NCBI GenBank assembly: GCA_963794065.1
Contig: CAWCDA010000042.1
Coordinates: forward strand, 597 to 64,596
Reading direction: 5' to 3'
DNA length: 64,000 nt
From: an uncultured Actinomycetes bacterium
GTDB lineage: Bacteria > Actinomycetota > UBA4738 > HRBIN12
The first letter of the stretch is position 1. Each line of letters begins with the position of its first letter. A program made the position numbers and the translations under genes. This document shows positions 1 to 9,932 of the stretch, piece by piece. The notes below the pieces were generated by a model. The model worked only from the letters and a program-made list of their open reading frames with translations, was not told the DNA's origin and did not search any database.

Positions 1-84
1 GATGACGATCGCGTCCTCATCGAGCGTGGGCAGCGTCGCGCGCACGGGTCCTCCCGCACAGACCACGATCGCGGTACGAACCAT
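1..84 (-). CDS. 5' end of a gene running off the left edge (N-terminus MVRTAIVVCAGGPVRATLPTLDEDAIVI). Function unknown, possibly a small-molecule kinase or nucleotidyltransferase-like protein.
   Basis: ATG at 84-82 is preceded by a strong RBS (GGAGGGAG, 3-nt spacer). High-GC3 codon usage. The listed plus-strand ORF 2..193 has a low-complexity translation and is rejected. Confidence 0.4.
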   Translation of the reverse strand, partial: MVRTAIVVCAGGPVRATLPTLDEDAIVI

Positions 85-201
85 CGGCTCCCTCCGCCAG
101 CATTACCTGGGTCAGGTTCACGGGTCGCCGGCGCGATGTGCCGACCTCTCAGCCCGGTTGCCCGAGCTCCCCGGTGGGACGTACCGAGTATAGGCGTGTC
201 G

Positions 202-873
202 CTACGGAGCCGCGCTCGCGGTGTTGTATTCCGTCCAGCGGTTGTAGCGCTCGATCTCGTAGTAGCGGGTGGTCGCCAGCTGGAAGAGCACGCCGATCAC
301 CGCCACCCCGAGGAACAGCAGCGACCAGCCGAACCCCGCGTCGGTCACGACCTTCACCGGGTGATCGGCCATCTGCACCGGGTCGATCTGGTTCAACAGG
401 GTGAGGATCGTGCCGACGATCGCGGCCGCGCCGAGCATCCCGCTGCCGATGACCACCACGTATTTCTGCAGGTTCAACATCAACGTCGCGACGGCGAAGA
501 TCACGCCCACCGCAACGCCGAGGATCCATACGAGCGGGCCGAGCTCGACACCGAACAGGCCGAAGAGCCCGACGACGAGGCCGTACCCGACATAGCCCCC
601 CATCAGCGCCACCGCGATGAACCAGAACAGGTAGGACAACCCTGCGAACAGCAATCCCATGAAGAACGCGACCACCCAGCTCAACCCGGTCGAAAGGAAC
701 CCGTCGCCGAAGAGCGCCTGCACGCCTTGGGCCCCGATCGCGAGCCCGAAGAAGAAGCCCCAGATCGGCAGGATGATCCAGAAGAGCCGGTAGCCGTAGA
801 ACGCCACGATGGCACCGAGGAACAACAGCATCGAGGCGGCGACGACGGTTGCGAACGTCCCATCCGACGACAT
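202..873 (-). CDS. Integral membrane protein of unknown function (about 6 TM helices, Gly/Leu/Phe-rich).
   Basis: ORF 202..927. The internal ATG (MSSDGTF...) at 873-871 is preceded by AAGGAGG. The protein is strongly hydrophobic with periodic TM segments. Confidence 0.6.
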   Translation of the reverse strand: MSSDGTFATVVAASMLLFLGAIVAFYGYRLFWIILPIWGFFFGLAIGAQGVQALFGDGFLSTGLSWVVAFFMGLLFAGLSYLFWFIAVALMGGYVGYGLVVGLFGLFGVELGPLVWILGVAVGVIFAVATLMLNLQKYVVVIGSGMLGAAAIVGTILTLLNQIDPVQMADHPVKVVTDAGFGWSLLFLGVAVIGVLFQLATTRYYEIERYNRWTEYNTASAAP

Positions 874-985
874 GGATCCTCCTTCCGGCGACGCATCTCG
901 CGTCGCGGCGCGGGCGAATGCGGGCATCGTTGCACCGGAAGATGCCCGACGCCAGCACCGACCCCGAACCTCGACTGAACGGCAT

Positions 986-2260
986 TCAGGGACGCGGGAT
1001 CGAGGCGCCCGCGAGGGCCAGCACGACGGCGTCCTCGATGGCGACGGCCGTGGCCTCCGGCAGATCGTGGGTCAGCACCGAGAAGGCCAGGTGGCGCCCG
1101 TCGCGGGTCGTGACGTAGCCCGAGAGCGTCGAGGTCGGCCGCACGAACAACGTGCCGGTCTTCGCCCGAACGGGCAGCCCCACCAGCCTGCCGGAGAGGG
1201 TCCCCTCGCCACCCGCCGGCAGCGAGCGGAAGAACACCGGGAACCACGGCCTTCGCTCGGCGGCAAGCAGGAGGGCCACGAGCCCGTCGGCGGAGGTTCG
1301 ATCTTGATCGGACAGGCCGCTCCCGTCCCTGACCGATGCGTCGACGCCGCGGTCGGCCGCCCACGTGTGGATCGCGCGAGCCCCCGACGCGGTCGACCCC
1401 GGCGCCTCGGCCGTGTCGCCCAGCAGTTTCGTCGTCAGCTCGGCGTAGAGGTTGTCGGACTCGTGGTTCTGGTGTGCGAGCAGCGCTCCGAGGGGTGCCG
1501 AGCGATCGGACGCGAGCGGATCGACGCCGGCCGGAGCGACACCCGTGCCGGAGCCGCCGCCGACCTCGATACCGGCGTCGAGAAGCGACGCCCGGAACGC
1601 GGCGGCGGCGGCGCCCTCGAGGCCGGACGCCGCCCCGGACAGGCGCAAAGCCGTCGGACGCGCCACGAAGGCTCGCGAGATCCCTCGCAGCCAGCCCGGC
1701 GCCCACCATCCGCGATCGAACGCGCCGGTGTCTCCGAGGATGCGCCCGGTCACGCGGTGGACCCCGGCGTCGGCGAGGCGCTGGGCGAGTTCGGACAGAT
1801 CCGTCGTCGTCAGGGTCGGGTCGCCGCCCCCGACGAGCCACAGGTCGCCGCGGAGGACGCCGCCGCGGACGCGGCCGTCCGTCGCGGCCGCGGTCCGGAA
1901 CCGATACGCCGCGCCGAGCAGATCGAGCGCGGCCATGGAGGTCAGCAACTTCTCGTTCGACGCGAGCACCCGAGGCGTGGACCCCCGGTGCCGGTAGACG
2001 ATGCTCGCGCCGAGCCCGACCGCCACCGAGACGTCGCGTTCATCGATCGCCGCATCGATCGCGTCGACCCACGCTCCCTCGGCTGGGGTGAACGCCGGCC
2101 CGGACGGGGGCGAGGGGATGGTCGGGGAGGGCGGCGGATGGGTGGATGCGGTGACCGATACGGATGCGGGAACCGACACCGAACCTGGGTTTGCGGAGAC
2201 GGTCGCCGACGTGCAGCCGACCCCGAGGGCCAGCATGAGCAGGACGAACCGACGCGGCAT
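986..2260 (-). CDS. dacB: D-alanyl-D-alanine carboxypeptidase/endopeptidase, PBP4 (peptidase S13) family, with a lipoprotein-type signal peptide.
   Basis: 424 aa. N-terminal LALGVGC lipobox. PBP4-like regions (LASNEKLLTSMAAL, GDLWLVGGGDPTL, KTGTL). Confidence 0.75.
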   Translation of the reverse strand: MPRRFVLLMLALGVGCTSATVSANPGSVSVPASVSVTASTHPPPSPTIPSPPSGPAFTPAEGAWVDAIDAAIDERDVSVAVGLGASIVYRHRGSTPRVLASNEKLLTSMAALDLLGAAYRFRTAAATDGRVRGGVLRGDLWLVGGGDPTLTTTDLSELAQRLADAGVHRVTGRILGDTGAFDRGWWAPGWLRGISRAFVARPTALRLSGAASGLEGAAAAAFRASLLDAGIEVGGGSGTGVAPAGVDPLASDRSAPLGALLAHQNHESDNLYAELTTKLLGDTAEAPGSTASGARAIHTWAADRGVDASVRDGSGLSDQDRTSADGLVALLLAAERRPWFPVFFRSLPAGGEGTLSGRLVGLPVRAKTGTLFVRPTSTLSGYVTTRDGRHLAFSVLTHDLPEATAVAIEDAVVLALAGASIPRP

Positions 2261-2312
2261 CGATCGAGCCTACGCTGCGTCGTCGGGGCCGGAGTGCGGT
2301 TAGCCTTCTCGG

Positions 2313-3254
2313 ATGCTTCCCATCCTGATCACCGTCCTCATCGTGGGGCTGGTCCTCGTCGTCGTGTACTTCATCGGATCGCAGCCCTCGAAGGCGGAGA
2401 AGGAGAAGACGGCGCGGCGGGCGCGCACCACCGCGGGCAAGGCGGCCGCCCGGGCCGCCGGCCCCAAGCGCTCTCCCTTCCGGCAGCCGCCGGCGTGGGT
2501 GCGCCGCTTGCCACTCGTCCTCGTGATCGCCGCGGTCGTGTGTCTGGTCATCGCGGTGGCGCAGTTCCGCGTGGCCAAGGCGCAGAAGACGCCGGTGATC
2601 GCGCTCGTCCTGGATGCCTCCAAGTCGATGGATGCCGAGGACGTGCAGCCGAACCGTCTGGTGGCCGCGCAGAACGCCGCGCAAGCGTTCGTGTCGCAGC
2701 TGCCGGCGGACTTCGAGGTCGCGCTCGTGAGCTTCGCCGACAAGCCGGTCATGCTCGTCGCGCCCACGGCGGATCATGCGGAGGTCTCATCCGCGCTCGG
2801 CGACCTGCCCCGCGGTGAGGGCACCGTCATCGGGGACGGGTTGAGCACCGGGTTGGATCAGATCGAGGCGCAGTGGTCGGATTCCGGCTCCGGGCCCGCG
2901 GCGATCGTGTTGCTCTCGGACGGTCGCGACACCGGCAGCACCGTGCCTCCGCAGGAAGCAGCGGACCGGGCGAAGGCCCTTGGGATCCCCGTCTACACGG
3001 TCGTCCTCGGACAAGAGGGCACCCATGGCGCCGACGCCGCGCTGCTCGAACAGATCGCCACGACGACGGGGGGCAGCCAATCGACCGCGGCGACCGCCGG
3101 CGAGCTGTCGGGGATCTACGAAGCGCTGGCCTCCCAGCTGTCGTCGCAGTTGCAGATCAGCAACTCGGCCCAGCTGTTCGTGTTCCTCGCGATCGCCTTG
3201 GCGATGGCGGCGGCGGTCCTGCTGCTCATGCTGACGATGTCGAAACGCACCTGA
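2313..3254 (+). CDS. Membrane-anchored von Willebrand factor A (VWA) domain protein (BatA-like).
   Basis: N-terminal TM, then VIALVLDASKSMDAED (MIDAS DxSxS motif). C-terminal TM helix. Confidence 0.75.
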   Translation: MLPILITVLIVGLVLVVVYFIGSQPSKAEKEKTARRARTTAGKAAARAAGPKRSPFRQPPAWVRRLPLVLVIAAVVCLVIAVAQFRVAKAQKTPVIALVLDASKSMDAEDVQPNRLVAAQNAAQAFVSQLPADFEVALVSFADKPVMLVAPTADHAEVSSALGDLPRGEGTVIGDGLSTGLDQIEAQWSDSGSGPAAIVLLSDGRDTGSTVPPQEAADRAKALGIPVYTVVLGQEGTHGADAALLEQIATTTGGSQSTAATAGELSGIYEALASQLSSQLQISNSAQLFVFLAIALAMAAAVLLLMLTMSKRT

Positions 3255-3257
3255 GGA

Positions 3258-3737
3258 TCAGTCGCGCACCTCGCTGAGCGAGTCGACCGCCACCGTGATC
3301 GCGATGATGAGCGCGTCATCCTGGTCGGGCTCGATATCGATCCCGTAGGTGTCGCGTACCCGGAACCACTTCTTCGAGACCTCGGCGACCTTGCCGTGCT
3401 CGCCCTTGATCGTGTACTCGTGGTCCCCGAGCTTGCCCTTCACCGTGAGCTCGTCACCGCCTTCGAGGTCCACCTTCAACCGATCGCGGAACCCCACGAG
3501 CCGCTTGTGCACCTCGGCGATCTTCTTGCCGTCGCGCTCGATGGCCATCGTGTCGCGGACGTGCATCTTGCGCTCCTGGATCTTCGCGACCTCGGCGCCG
3601 GCGACGTCTTCCAGGATGAAGGTGTCCCGCATCCGCATCGCCTTGCCGTTGACCTTGTACACCTTGTCGCCGTGCTCGTCCTCGATCCACGAGTCGTCGC
3701 CGATCGCCGCGAGCTTCTGCCGCATCTGATACTTCAT
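3258..3737 (-). CDS. LURP-one-related (DUF567, tubby C-terminal-like) family protein.
   Basis: 159 aa. Typical LURP1 pattern (KLAAIGDDSWIEDEHGDKVYKVNGKAMRMRDTFILED...KGKLGDHEYTI). Confidence 0.65.
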   Translation of the reverse strand: MKYQMRQKLAAIGDDSWIEDEHGDKVYKVNGKAMRMRDTFILEDVAGAEVAKIQERKMHVRDTMAIERDGKKIAEVHKRLVGFRDRLKVDLEGGDELTVKGKLGDHEYTIKGEHGKVAEVSKKWFRVRDTYGIDIEPDQDDALIIAITVAVDSLSEVRD

Positions 3738-3746
3738 CGCTGCGCC

Positions 3747-4049
3747 TCAGGTGCCGAGGATCTTCGCTTTCGCCGCGGAGAACTCCTCGTCGGTCAGCGC
3801 GCCCTCTGAGTGGAGCTTCGAGAGCTTCTCGATCTGATCGAACGGATCGACCGCCGGCGGCGGCGGGGGGCCAGCGGCCTGCTCCATCCCCTGCTCGGCG
3901 GCCGCCGCCTGCTGTTGCGTGTAGGCCGCGTCCTGCGACGCGTACTTCTGCTGCTGACGTCGTGCCGTCCGACCCGACACGGCCGTCGCCGTTCCGGCGA
4001 CCACCGCGGTACGAGCGGCCATGCCTACCAATCCTGGTCCTCTGCGCAT
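3747..4049 (-). CDS. SHOCT-domain protein.
   Basis: C-terminal IEKLSKLHSEGALTDEEFSAAKAKILG matches the SHOCT short C-terminal domain consensus. The N-terminal region is Ala/Gln-rich. Confidence 0.6.
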   Translation of the reverse strand: MRRGPGLVGMAARTAVVAGTATAVSGRTARRQQQKYASQDAAYTQQQAAAAEQGMEQAAGPPPPPAVDPFDQIEKLSKLHSEGALTDEEFSAAKAKILGT

Positions 4050-4061
4050 GTTCGTGCCTCC

Positions 4062-4493
4062 TCAGACGTTGGTTGCGGCCCAGTCGATGGCGGCGTCGAC
4101 GACCTCATACGGGACGCGCTCGAGGTCCCAGAGTTCCCCGCCGGCATCGATGATCGCGTTCTTGATCTTCGTCGCCCAGACGTCTTCCCACACCAAGAGC
4201 CCGGCGGAGAAGTTGGGCTCCATCTCCTCGGCCACGGCCATGATGTCTTCGTCGTTGAGGAGCCCGCCCTTTTCGTCCCCGAGCAGCGCGTGCAGCGCTT
4301 GTCCGATGTCCGAGTCGAGGTCGCTCGCTTCGAGTGCGGTCACGTTGCCGTCGGCGTCCTTGCTGACGAACGCGAGGTCGATGATCCGGATCGCGCCGGC
4401 CTCGACCTGCTCCGCGATCGCCGGCAGGATCTCCCCTTTGAACTTGTTCCCCGGGAACGCCACGACCATGTACTCCACTGGTCCGATGCCCAT
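4062..4493 (-). CDS. Small conserved stress-associated protein (DUF6325/DUF1269-like).
   Basis: The internal ATG at 4493-4491 (MGIGPVEYMVVAFPGNKFKGEILP...) gives a 143-aa product. The upstream part of ORF 4062..5093 is antisense to gadB and has junk composition. Confidence 0.55.
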   Translation of the reverse strand: MGIGPVEYMVVAFPGNKFKGEILPAIAEQVEAGAIRIIDLAFVSKDADGNVTALEASDLDSDIGQALHALLGDEKGGLLNDEDIMAVAEEMEPNFSAGLLVWEDVWATKIKNAIIDAGGELWDLERVPYEVVDAAIDWAATNV

Positions 4494-4611
4494 GCTTCCC
4501 CCTTCGGATCGCTGTCCGCGCTCATGGTATCCGGTTGGCCATATCGCGACCCGTCGGGTATACCCCTGGCGGGCGGCCGATCGGTCCGCCGACGATACGA
4601 GGGGGATCGAG

Positions 4612-5997
4612 ATGGGACTGAAGCACCCGAAGCAGCCGCGGCGCGGGAACGCGAACCTGGCCGTCGCGCCGCTCTTCTCGCTCGAACGAGCGATCCCGCG
4701 ACACGAGATCTCCGATGGCGAGATCGCGCCGGACACGGCCTTCCAGATCGTCCACGACGAGCTGATGCTCGACGGCAACGCACGGCTCAACGTGGCGACG
4801 TTCGTCACAACGTGGATGGAGCCACAGGCCGAGCGGCTGATGGCCGAGTGCGCCGATAAGAACATGATCGACAAGGACGAGTATCCGCAGACGGCGGAGC
4901 TCGAGTCCCGGTGCGTCGCGATCTTGAGCCGCCTGTGGAACGCCCCCGACGCGGACCAGGCAACCGGCTGCTCGACCACCGGCTCGAGCGAGGCGGCGAT
5001 GCTCGGCGGGCTCGCGCTCAAGCGGCGCTGGCAAGAGCGCCGTCGCGCCGAGGGCAAGCCGATTGATGCCCCGAACATCGTGATGGGCATCAACGTCCAG
5101 GTCTGCTGGGAGAAGTTCGCGAACTACTGGGACGTGGAGATGCGGCTCGTCCCGATGGAGGGTGAGCGGTTCACGTTGTCGGCCGAGGAGGCGGTCAAGC
5201 GGTGCGACGAGAACACGATCGGGGTCGTCGCGATCCTCGGCTCCACGTACGACGGCGCCTACGAGCCCGTGAAGGAGATCTGCGACGCGCTCGACGACCT
5301 GCAGGAGCGCTCGGGCCTCGACATCCCCGTCCACGTCGACGGCGCGTCGGGCGCGTTCATCGCGCCGTTCCTGGATCCCGACCTCGAATGGGACTTCCGG
5401 TTGCCCCGCGTCTCATCGATCAACACCTCCGGCCACAAGTACGGCCTCGTCTACCCAGGCGTCGGCTGGGTGATCTGGCGCGACGCCGCCGCGCTGCCCG
5501 ACGACCTCATCTTCTGGGTGAACTACCTGGGGGACAACATGCCGACGTTCGCGTTGAACTTCTCGCGGCCGGGCGCGCAGGTCGTGGCGCAGTACTACAA
5601 CTTTCTGCGCCTCGGGTTCCAGGGGTACCAACGTGTCCAGGGATACGCCCGTGACGTGGCCACGAAGCTGTCCGGTCAGATCGAGGCGCTCGGGCCCTTC
5701 CGGTTGCTCACGAGAGGCGACGAGTTGCCGGTCTTCGCCTTCACCACGATCGATGCCGTAGACAACTTCACCGTGTTCGACGTCTCGAACGCGATGCGCG
5801 AACGCGGGTGGCAGGTGCCCGCGTACACGTTCCCGGCCAACCGGACCGATCTCGCGGCGCTCCGGGTGGTTGTGCGTCGCGGGTTCACGCACGACATGGC
5901 CGACATGCTGATCGCCGACCTGCAACGCCAGCTGCCTCGCCTGCAGGCCCAGCCCGAGCCCGTGCACACGACGGAGGCATCCGGGTTCCACCATTGA
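4612..5997 (+). CDS. gadB: Glutamate decarboxylase (PLP-dependent, group II decarboxylase).
   Basis: 461 aa starting MGLKHPKQ. Conserved GAD regions (NVATFVTTWMEP, SINTSGHKYGLVYPGVGWVIWRD with PLP-lysine context, FSRPGAQVVAQYYNFLRLG). Confidence 0.9.
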   Translation: MGLKHPKQPRRGNANLAVAPLFSLERAIPRHEISDGEIAPDTAFQIVHDELMLDGNARLNVATFVTTWMEPQAERLMAECADKNMIDKDEYPQTAELESRCVAILSRLWNAPDADQATGCSTTGSSEAAMLGGLALKRRWQERRRAEGKPIDAPNIVMGINVQVCWEKFANYWDVEMRLVPMEGERFTLSAEEAVKRCDENTIGVVAILGSTYDGAYEPVKEICDALDDLQERSGLDIPVHVDGASGAFIAPFLDPDLEWDFRLPRVSSINTSGHKYGLVYPGVGWVIWRDAAALPDDLIFWVNYLGDNMPTFALNFSRPGAQVVAQYYNFLRLGFQGYQRVQGYARDVATKLSGQIEALGPFRLLTRGDELPVFAFTTIDAVDNFTVFDVSNAMRERGWQVPAYTFPANRTDLAALRVVVRRGFTHDMADMLIADLQRQLPRLQAQPEPVHTTEASGFHH

Positions 5998-6025
5998 GCC
6001 CCCGATCGCCGCATAGACTCAGCCC

Positions 6026-6745
6026 GTGAGCGAGCCCGCGCCGACCGAGGAGCGCCCGAAGGGGCATGTCTTACGGCGCCTCCTGCTGGCGCTCGTCAAC
6101 GCCGACAGCTATGGCTTCGTGCTTGTGCTGATCATCGCGTCCTACATCCTGTCGGTGTCGGTCGCGTCGGACTGGGGCCCGTCGGCGGTCGTGTTCATCC
6201 AGATCGGCACCGTGTGGTTCGCGCTCCGCACATCGCAGGCGCGGCGGCCCGTGCGTCGCGCCGCGTCCGTCTTGCTGGTGATCGCCGCCGCGGCCGCCAT
6301 CCTCAATGTCGCCTCACCCGAGGACACGCGACGGTTCCTTTTCGCGCTGGGCAGCCTGCTGTACTTCATCGCGCCGTTCTCGATCATCCGGCATCTGGTG
6401 ACCCGGCGCGACGTGGATCAGGAGACGATGCTCGGTGCGATCTCGGCGTACCTGCTGTTCGGCATGTTCTACGCGTTCTTCTACTTCGAGATCGCACTCC
6501 TCCAGGAGCCGACCGTGTTCTTCGCGGGGGGGACCAATCCGGCGACCATGAAGCAGGTGCTGTTCTTCAGTTTCACGACGTTGACGACGACCGGGTACGG
6601 GAACCTCGTGCCGTCGCAGAACCCCGGGCAGACGCTGGCCGTGAGCGAGATGATCCTGGGTCAGCTGTTCCTGATCACCGCGATGGGCAAGATCGTCACT
6701 GCCTGGCGCCCCGCCCGATGGACGCAGAGCAACCCGCCGAGCTGA
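6026..6745 (+). CDS. Two-TM potassium channel family protein (ion_trans_2).
   Basis: GTG start. Selectivity-filter-like TTTGYGN between hydrophobic helices. 239 aa. Confidence 0.7.
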   Translation: MSEPAPTEERPKGHVLRRLLLALVNADSYGFVLVLIIASYILSVSVASDWGPSAVVFIQIGTVWFALRTSQARRPVRRAASVLLVIAAAAAILNVASPEDTRRFLFALGSLLYFIAPFSIIRHLVTRRDVDQETMLGAISAYLLFGMFYAFFYFEIALLQEPTVFFAGGTNPATMKQVLFFSFTTLTTTGYGNLVPSQNPGQTLAVSEMILGQLFLITAMGKIVTAWRPARWTQSNPPS

Positions 6746-7231
6746 TCAGCCCTCGGGCTCGGTGACATCGACGAGCTCGGCGCCGGTCGCCGTCAGGAGG
6801 TCCTTGGCGTGCAGGTGCAGGTTCACGCCGTGCCCTCCGCCGCCGATCGCGATCACGCCTTCGCCCGCACCGACGGTCGCGTCGGCGATCACCGGCCAGG
6901 CATGGGACGCGCCGAACGGCGTGATCGCGCCACGCTCGTAGCCGGTTGCCCGCAGCGCCTCCTCGGCGTCGGGAAGCGACAGCCGTCGGGTGCCGAGGTG
7001 GATCCGAAGCTTCGGCCAGTCGATGCGTCGACCCCCGGGCACGAGCACGAACACGTACTCGTCGGAAGACAGTCGGACCACGATCGTGCGGAGCAGTTGG
7101 TGAAGTTCGATGCCCTGCAACGAGGCGCTCTCCTTGGCGTCGCGCGCACGGTGCGTGCGCATCACCGTGAACGAGACGCCCGATGCGCGAGCTGCAGCGA
7201 TGCCCGGGGTGTCCGATGCCGTGTCACTCAT
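6746..7231 (-). CDS. YbaK/ProX-type aminoacyl-tRNA deacylase domain protein.
   Basis: 161 aa. YbaK-like motifs (VRTIVVRLSSDEYVFVLVPGGRRIDWPKL, GAITPFG, AIGGGGHG). Confidence 0.65.
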   Translation of the reverse strand: MSDTASDTPGIAAARASGVSFTVMRTHRARDAKESASLQGIELHQLLRTIVVRLSSDEYVFVLVPGGRRIDWPKLRIHLGTRRLSLPDAEEALRATGYERGAITPFGASHAWPVIADATVGAGEGVIAIGGGGHGVNLHLHAKDLLTATGAELVDVTEPEG

Positions 7232-7270
7232 ATCGAGATCCCAGGCTATACGGGGCGCCTAGACTGCGGC

Positions 7271-8209
7271 ATGAGCCCTCGCCTGTACTGGATCGGCGCC
7301 GTGGCGATCCTCACGGTGTGGATCGCGCTCGTTCCCCATCGGACGGAAGAGCCCGGGATCGACCTGGACATCTACCAGCACACGATCACGGCGATGCGCG
7401 GCGGTGAGGGCTACTACGCCGCGATGTACGACGCGCTGGTCAGTGTGCAGGCGCCTCCGACACAGCCTCGGTCCTACCGGCTCCCAACCCTGTTCTGGGT
7501 GTGGCGGTGGACAGGGTTGTCGTGGCTGCTCGTGCTGGCCGTGATCCTGCTCACGGGGTGGGAGCTCGCGTTGCTTGCGCATCCGGTGGTGGGCGTGATC
7601 GGCGCCGCCTACCTGGCGACGCTTGCGCGACCCCCGGGGCTTCCCGCGCAGTACGGCTGGGTCGAGTTCTGGGCTCTGCCGCTCGTACTCGCCGCGATGC
7701 TGGCGATGCGCTCGGATCGATGGGCGCTCGCGTGCGTAGCCGTCCTGGCAGCGGCGCTCACGCGAGAGCTCTGCGCTCCGTTGCTCGTATCCGGCGCAGT
7801 CGCGGCGGCAATCGCCCGCCGTCCGATCTGGACGTGGGGATTGGCCGCCGCAGGGTGGGCGGCCTTCTACATGTGGCATGCGGGACAAACCATCGTCGTA
7901 CCGTCCGGCTCGGAGGAATCTCTCCTCGGCACCGGGGGTATACGGGCGGCGCTCTGGATGAGCGCGCCGGCGCTGGGGATCGTCGGACTGGCGGTCATCG
8001 TCGTTGCGCTGTGGCGGGCGCGGTTCGCCAGTGAGTGGTGGCTGACGCTTCCGCTCGTGGTGGGCATCCCCCTGGTTGGATTCTTCGCCAACCGGGGGTA
8101 CTGGGGCATCCTCGTGTTCCCCGTCGCCCTCGGGTTGCTCGGCGTGCACCGAGCCGACGCCACGCCGGCGATGCTTCCGACGGACGCACCCGCCTCAGCA
8201 CCCACCTGA
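7271..8209 (+). CDS. Polytopic integral membrane protein of unknown function.
   Basis: ATG at 7271 inside ORF 6809..8209 ([17 protein letters not shown]...). 312 aa with more than 8 predicted TM helices. The upstream in-frame part has Arg/Gly junk composition. Confidence 0.55.
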   Translation: MSPRLYWIGAVAILTVWIALVPHRTEEPGIDLDIYQHTITAMRGGEGYYAAMYDALVSVQAPPTQPRSYRLPTLFWVWRWTGLSWLLVLAVILLTGWELALLAHPVVGVIGAAYLATLARPPGLPAQYGWVEFWALPLVLAAMLAMRSDRWALACVAVLAAALTRELCAPLLVSGAVAAAIARRPIWTWGLAAAGWAAFYMWHAGQTIVVPSGSEESLLGTGGIRAALWMSAPALGIVGLAVIVVALWRARFASEWWLTLPLVVGIPLVGFFANRGYWGILVFPVALGLLGVHRADATPAMLPTDAPASAPT

Positions 8210-8264
8210 GCGAGAGGGCGCCGAGGTAGGCTGCAGCCGGCCAGAGTCATCGGGGGGACGGAAG

Positions 8265-9932
8265 ATGTCGATGTCCACGTCGGGACCGCGAGCGGTGCGT
8301 GCGCCGCGCGGCACCGCGCTGACCTGCAAGGGCTGGCAGCAGGAAGCCGCCATGCGGATGCTGATGAACAACCTCGACCCCGAGGTCGCCGAGCGTCCCG
8401 ACGACCTGGTCGTCTACGGTGGCACCGGTCGTGCGGCGCGCTCATGGCCTGCGTTCGACGCGATCGTCAGGGAGCTGCAGGAGCTCGAGGGCGACGAGAC
8501 GCTGCTCGTGCAGTCGGGCAAGCCCGTCGGCGTCGTCCAGACCCACGAATGGGCCCCCCGCGTGCTGATCGCGAACTCCAACCTCGTGCCCGAGTGGGCG
8601 ACCTGGGAAGAGTTCCGCCGCCTCGAGGGGATGGGCCTGACGATGTACGGCCAGATGACTGCGGGCTCGTGGATCTACATCGGCACGCAGGGCATCCTGC
8701 AGGGCACCTACGAGACATTCTCGGCGATCGCCGCGAAGCGGTACGGCGGAACCCTGGCCGGCACGATCTCGCTCACCGCGGGGCTGGGGGGGATGGGCGG
8801 CGCCCAGCCGCTTGCCATCACGATGAACGATGGCGTCGCCCTCTGCGTGGAGGTCGACCCGACCCGGATCGAGCGCCGCATCAAGCACCGCTATCTTGAC
8901 GTGGGCGTCGAGGACGTCGAGGAGGCCTTGCGCCTCGCGGTCGACGCTCGCGACCGCCGCGAGGGCCTGTCGATCGGCATCCTCGGCAACGCGGCCGAGG
9001 TCGTGCCGAGGCTCGCGGCGATGGACGCGCCGATCGACATCGTCACCGACCAGACGAGCGCGCACGATCCGCTCGCCTACATCCCACAGGGCATGACGCT
9101 GTCGGCGGCGGCCGACCTGCGCTCGGCCGACGAGGCCGCATACACGCTTCGAGCCCGCGCCTCGATGGCGGCGCATTGCGAGGGGATGGTGGCGTTCCTG
9201 GACAAGGGCGCGGAGGTCTTCGACTACGGGAACAGCTTGCGCGCGGAGGCCGAGCAGGGTGGTTTCGCCCGCGCGTTCTCCTACCCCGGCTTCATCCCCG
9301 CCTACATCCGGCCGCTGTTCTGCGAGGGAAAAGGGCCGTTCCGATGGGCGGCGCTTTCGGGCGATCCCGCGGATATCGCGGCGACCGACCGCGCGGTGCT
9401 CGAGGCGTTCCCCGACAACGAGCCGCTCGCGCGCTGGATCCGGATGGCGGGGGAGCGGGTGGCCTACCAAGGGTTGCCCGCACGGATCTGTTGGCTCGGC
9501 TACGGCGAGCGCGACCGGATGGGCGTCCGGTTCAACGAGCTGGTGGCCAGCGGCGAGGTGCAGGCTCCGATCGTGATCGGTCGGGATCATCTCGATTGCG
9601 GCAGCGTCGCCTCTCCCTACCGCGAGACCGAGTCGATGGCCGACGGCTCCGACGCGATCGCCGACTGGCCCCTGCTCAACGCGCTGGTCAATACCGCAAG
9701 CGGTGCGTCGTGGGTGAGCATCCACCACGGTGGCGGCGTCGGGATCGGGCGTTCGATCCATGCCGGACAGGTCGTTGTGGTCGATGGCACAGAGCTCGCC
9801 GCGAGCAAGGCGGAGCGCGTCCTGTCGAACGACCCGGGCATGGGCGTCCTGCGCCACGTCGATGCGGGCTACGAGGAGGCGGAGGCGGTGGCCGCCGCAC
9901 GCGGCGTGCACATCCCGATGGCGGGGGCCTAG
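8265..9932 (+). CDS. hutU: Urocanate hydratase.
   Basis: 555 aa from ATG 8265 ([32 protein letters not shown]...). Urocanase signature regions throughout ([28 protein letters not shown]). Confidence 0.92.
   Translation: MSMSTSGPRAVRAPRGTALTCKGWQQEAAMRMLMNNLDPEVAERPDDLVVYGGTGRAARSWPAFDAIVRELQELEGDETLLVQSGKPVGVVQTHEWAPRVLIANSNLVPEWATWEEFRRLEGMGLTMYGQMTAGSWIYIGTQGILQGTYETFSAIAAKRYGGTLAGTISLTAGLGGMGGAQPLAITMNDGVALCVEVDPTRIERRIKHRYLDVGVEDVEEALRLAVDARDRREGLSIGILGNAAEVVPRLAAMDAPIDIVTDQTSAHDPLAYIPQGMTLSAAADLRSADEAAYTLRARASMAAHCEGMVAFLDKGAEVFDYGNSLRAEAEQGGFARAFSYPGFIPAYIRPLFCEGKGPFRWAALSGDPADIAATDRAVLEAFPDNEPLARWIRMAGERVAYQGLPARICWLGYGERDRMGVRFNELVASGEVQAPIVIGRDHLDCGSVASPYRETESMADGSDAIADWPLLNALVNTASGASWVSIHHGGGVGIGRSIHAGQVVVVDGTELAASKAERVLSNDPGMGVLRHVDAGYEEAEAVAAARGVHIPMAGA

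Noticed and set aside
2-193. Listed 63-aa plus-strand partial ORF at the left edge
   Set aside because: Junk-like composition. The minus strand instead shows a convincing N-terminus (MVRTAIVVCAGG...) with a strong RBS, running out of the window.
809-2818. 669-aa plus-strand ORF, and similar long Arg/Pro/Gly-rich ORFs (681..1841 -, 35210..37258 +, 37554..39665 +, 25432..27411 - upstream part, 43551..44798 +, 13568..14650 -)
   Set aside because: The translations are low-complexity R/P/G/A-rich, which is typical of out-of-frame or antisense reading of 70%-GC coding DNA. Each fully overlaps a gene with clear family motifs on the other strand or in another frame.
4062-5093. Full 343-aa form of the minus-strand ORF upstream of the DUF6325-like gene
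   Set aside because: The upstream 200 residues are antisense to gadB and Ser/Ala-rich junk. The internal ATG at 4493 gives a compact protein of family-typical size.
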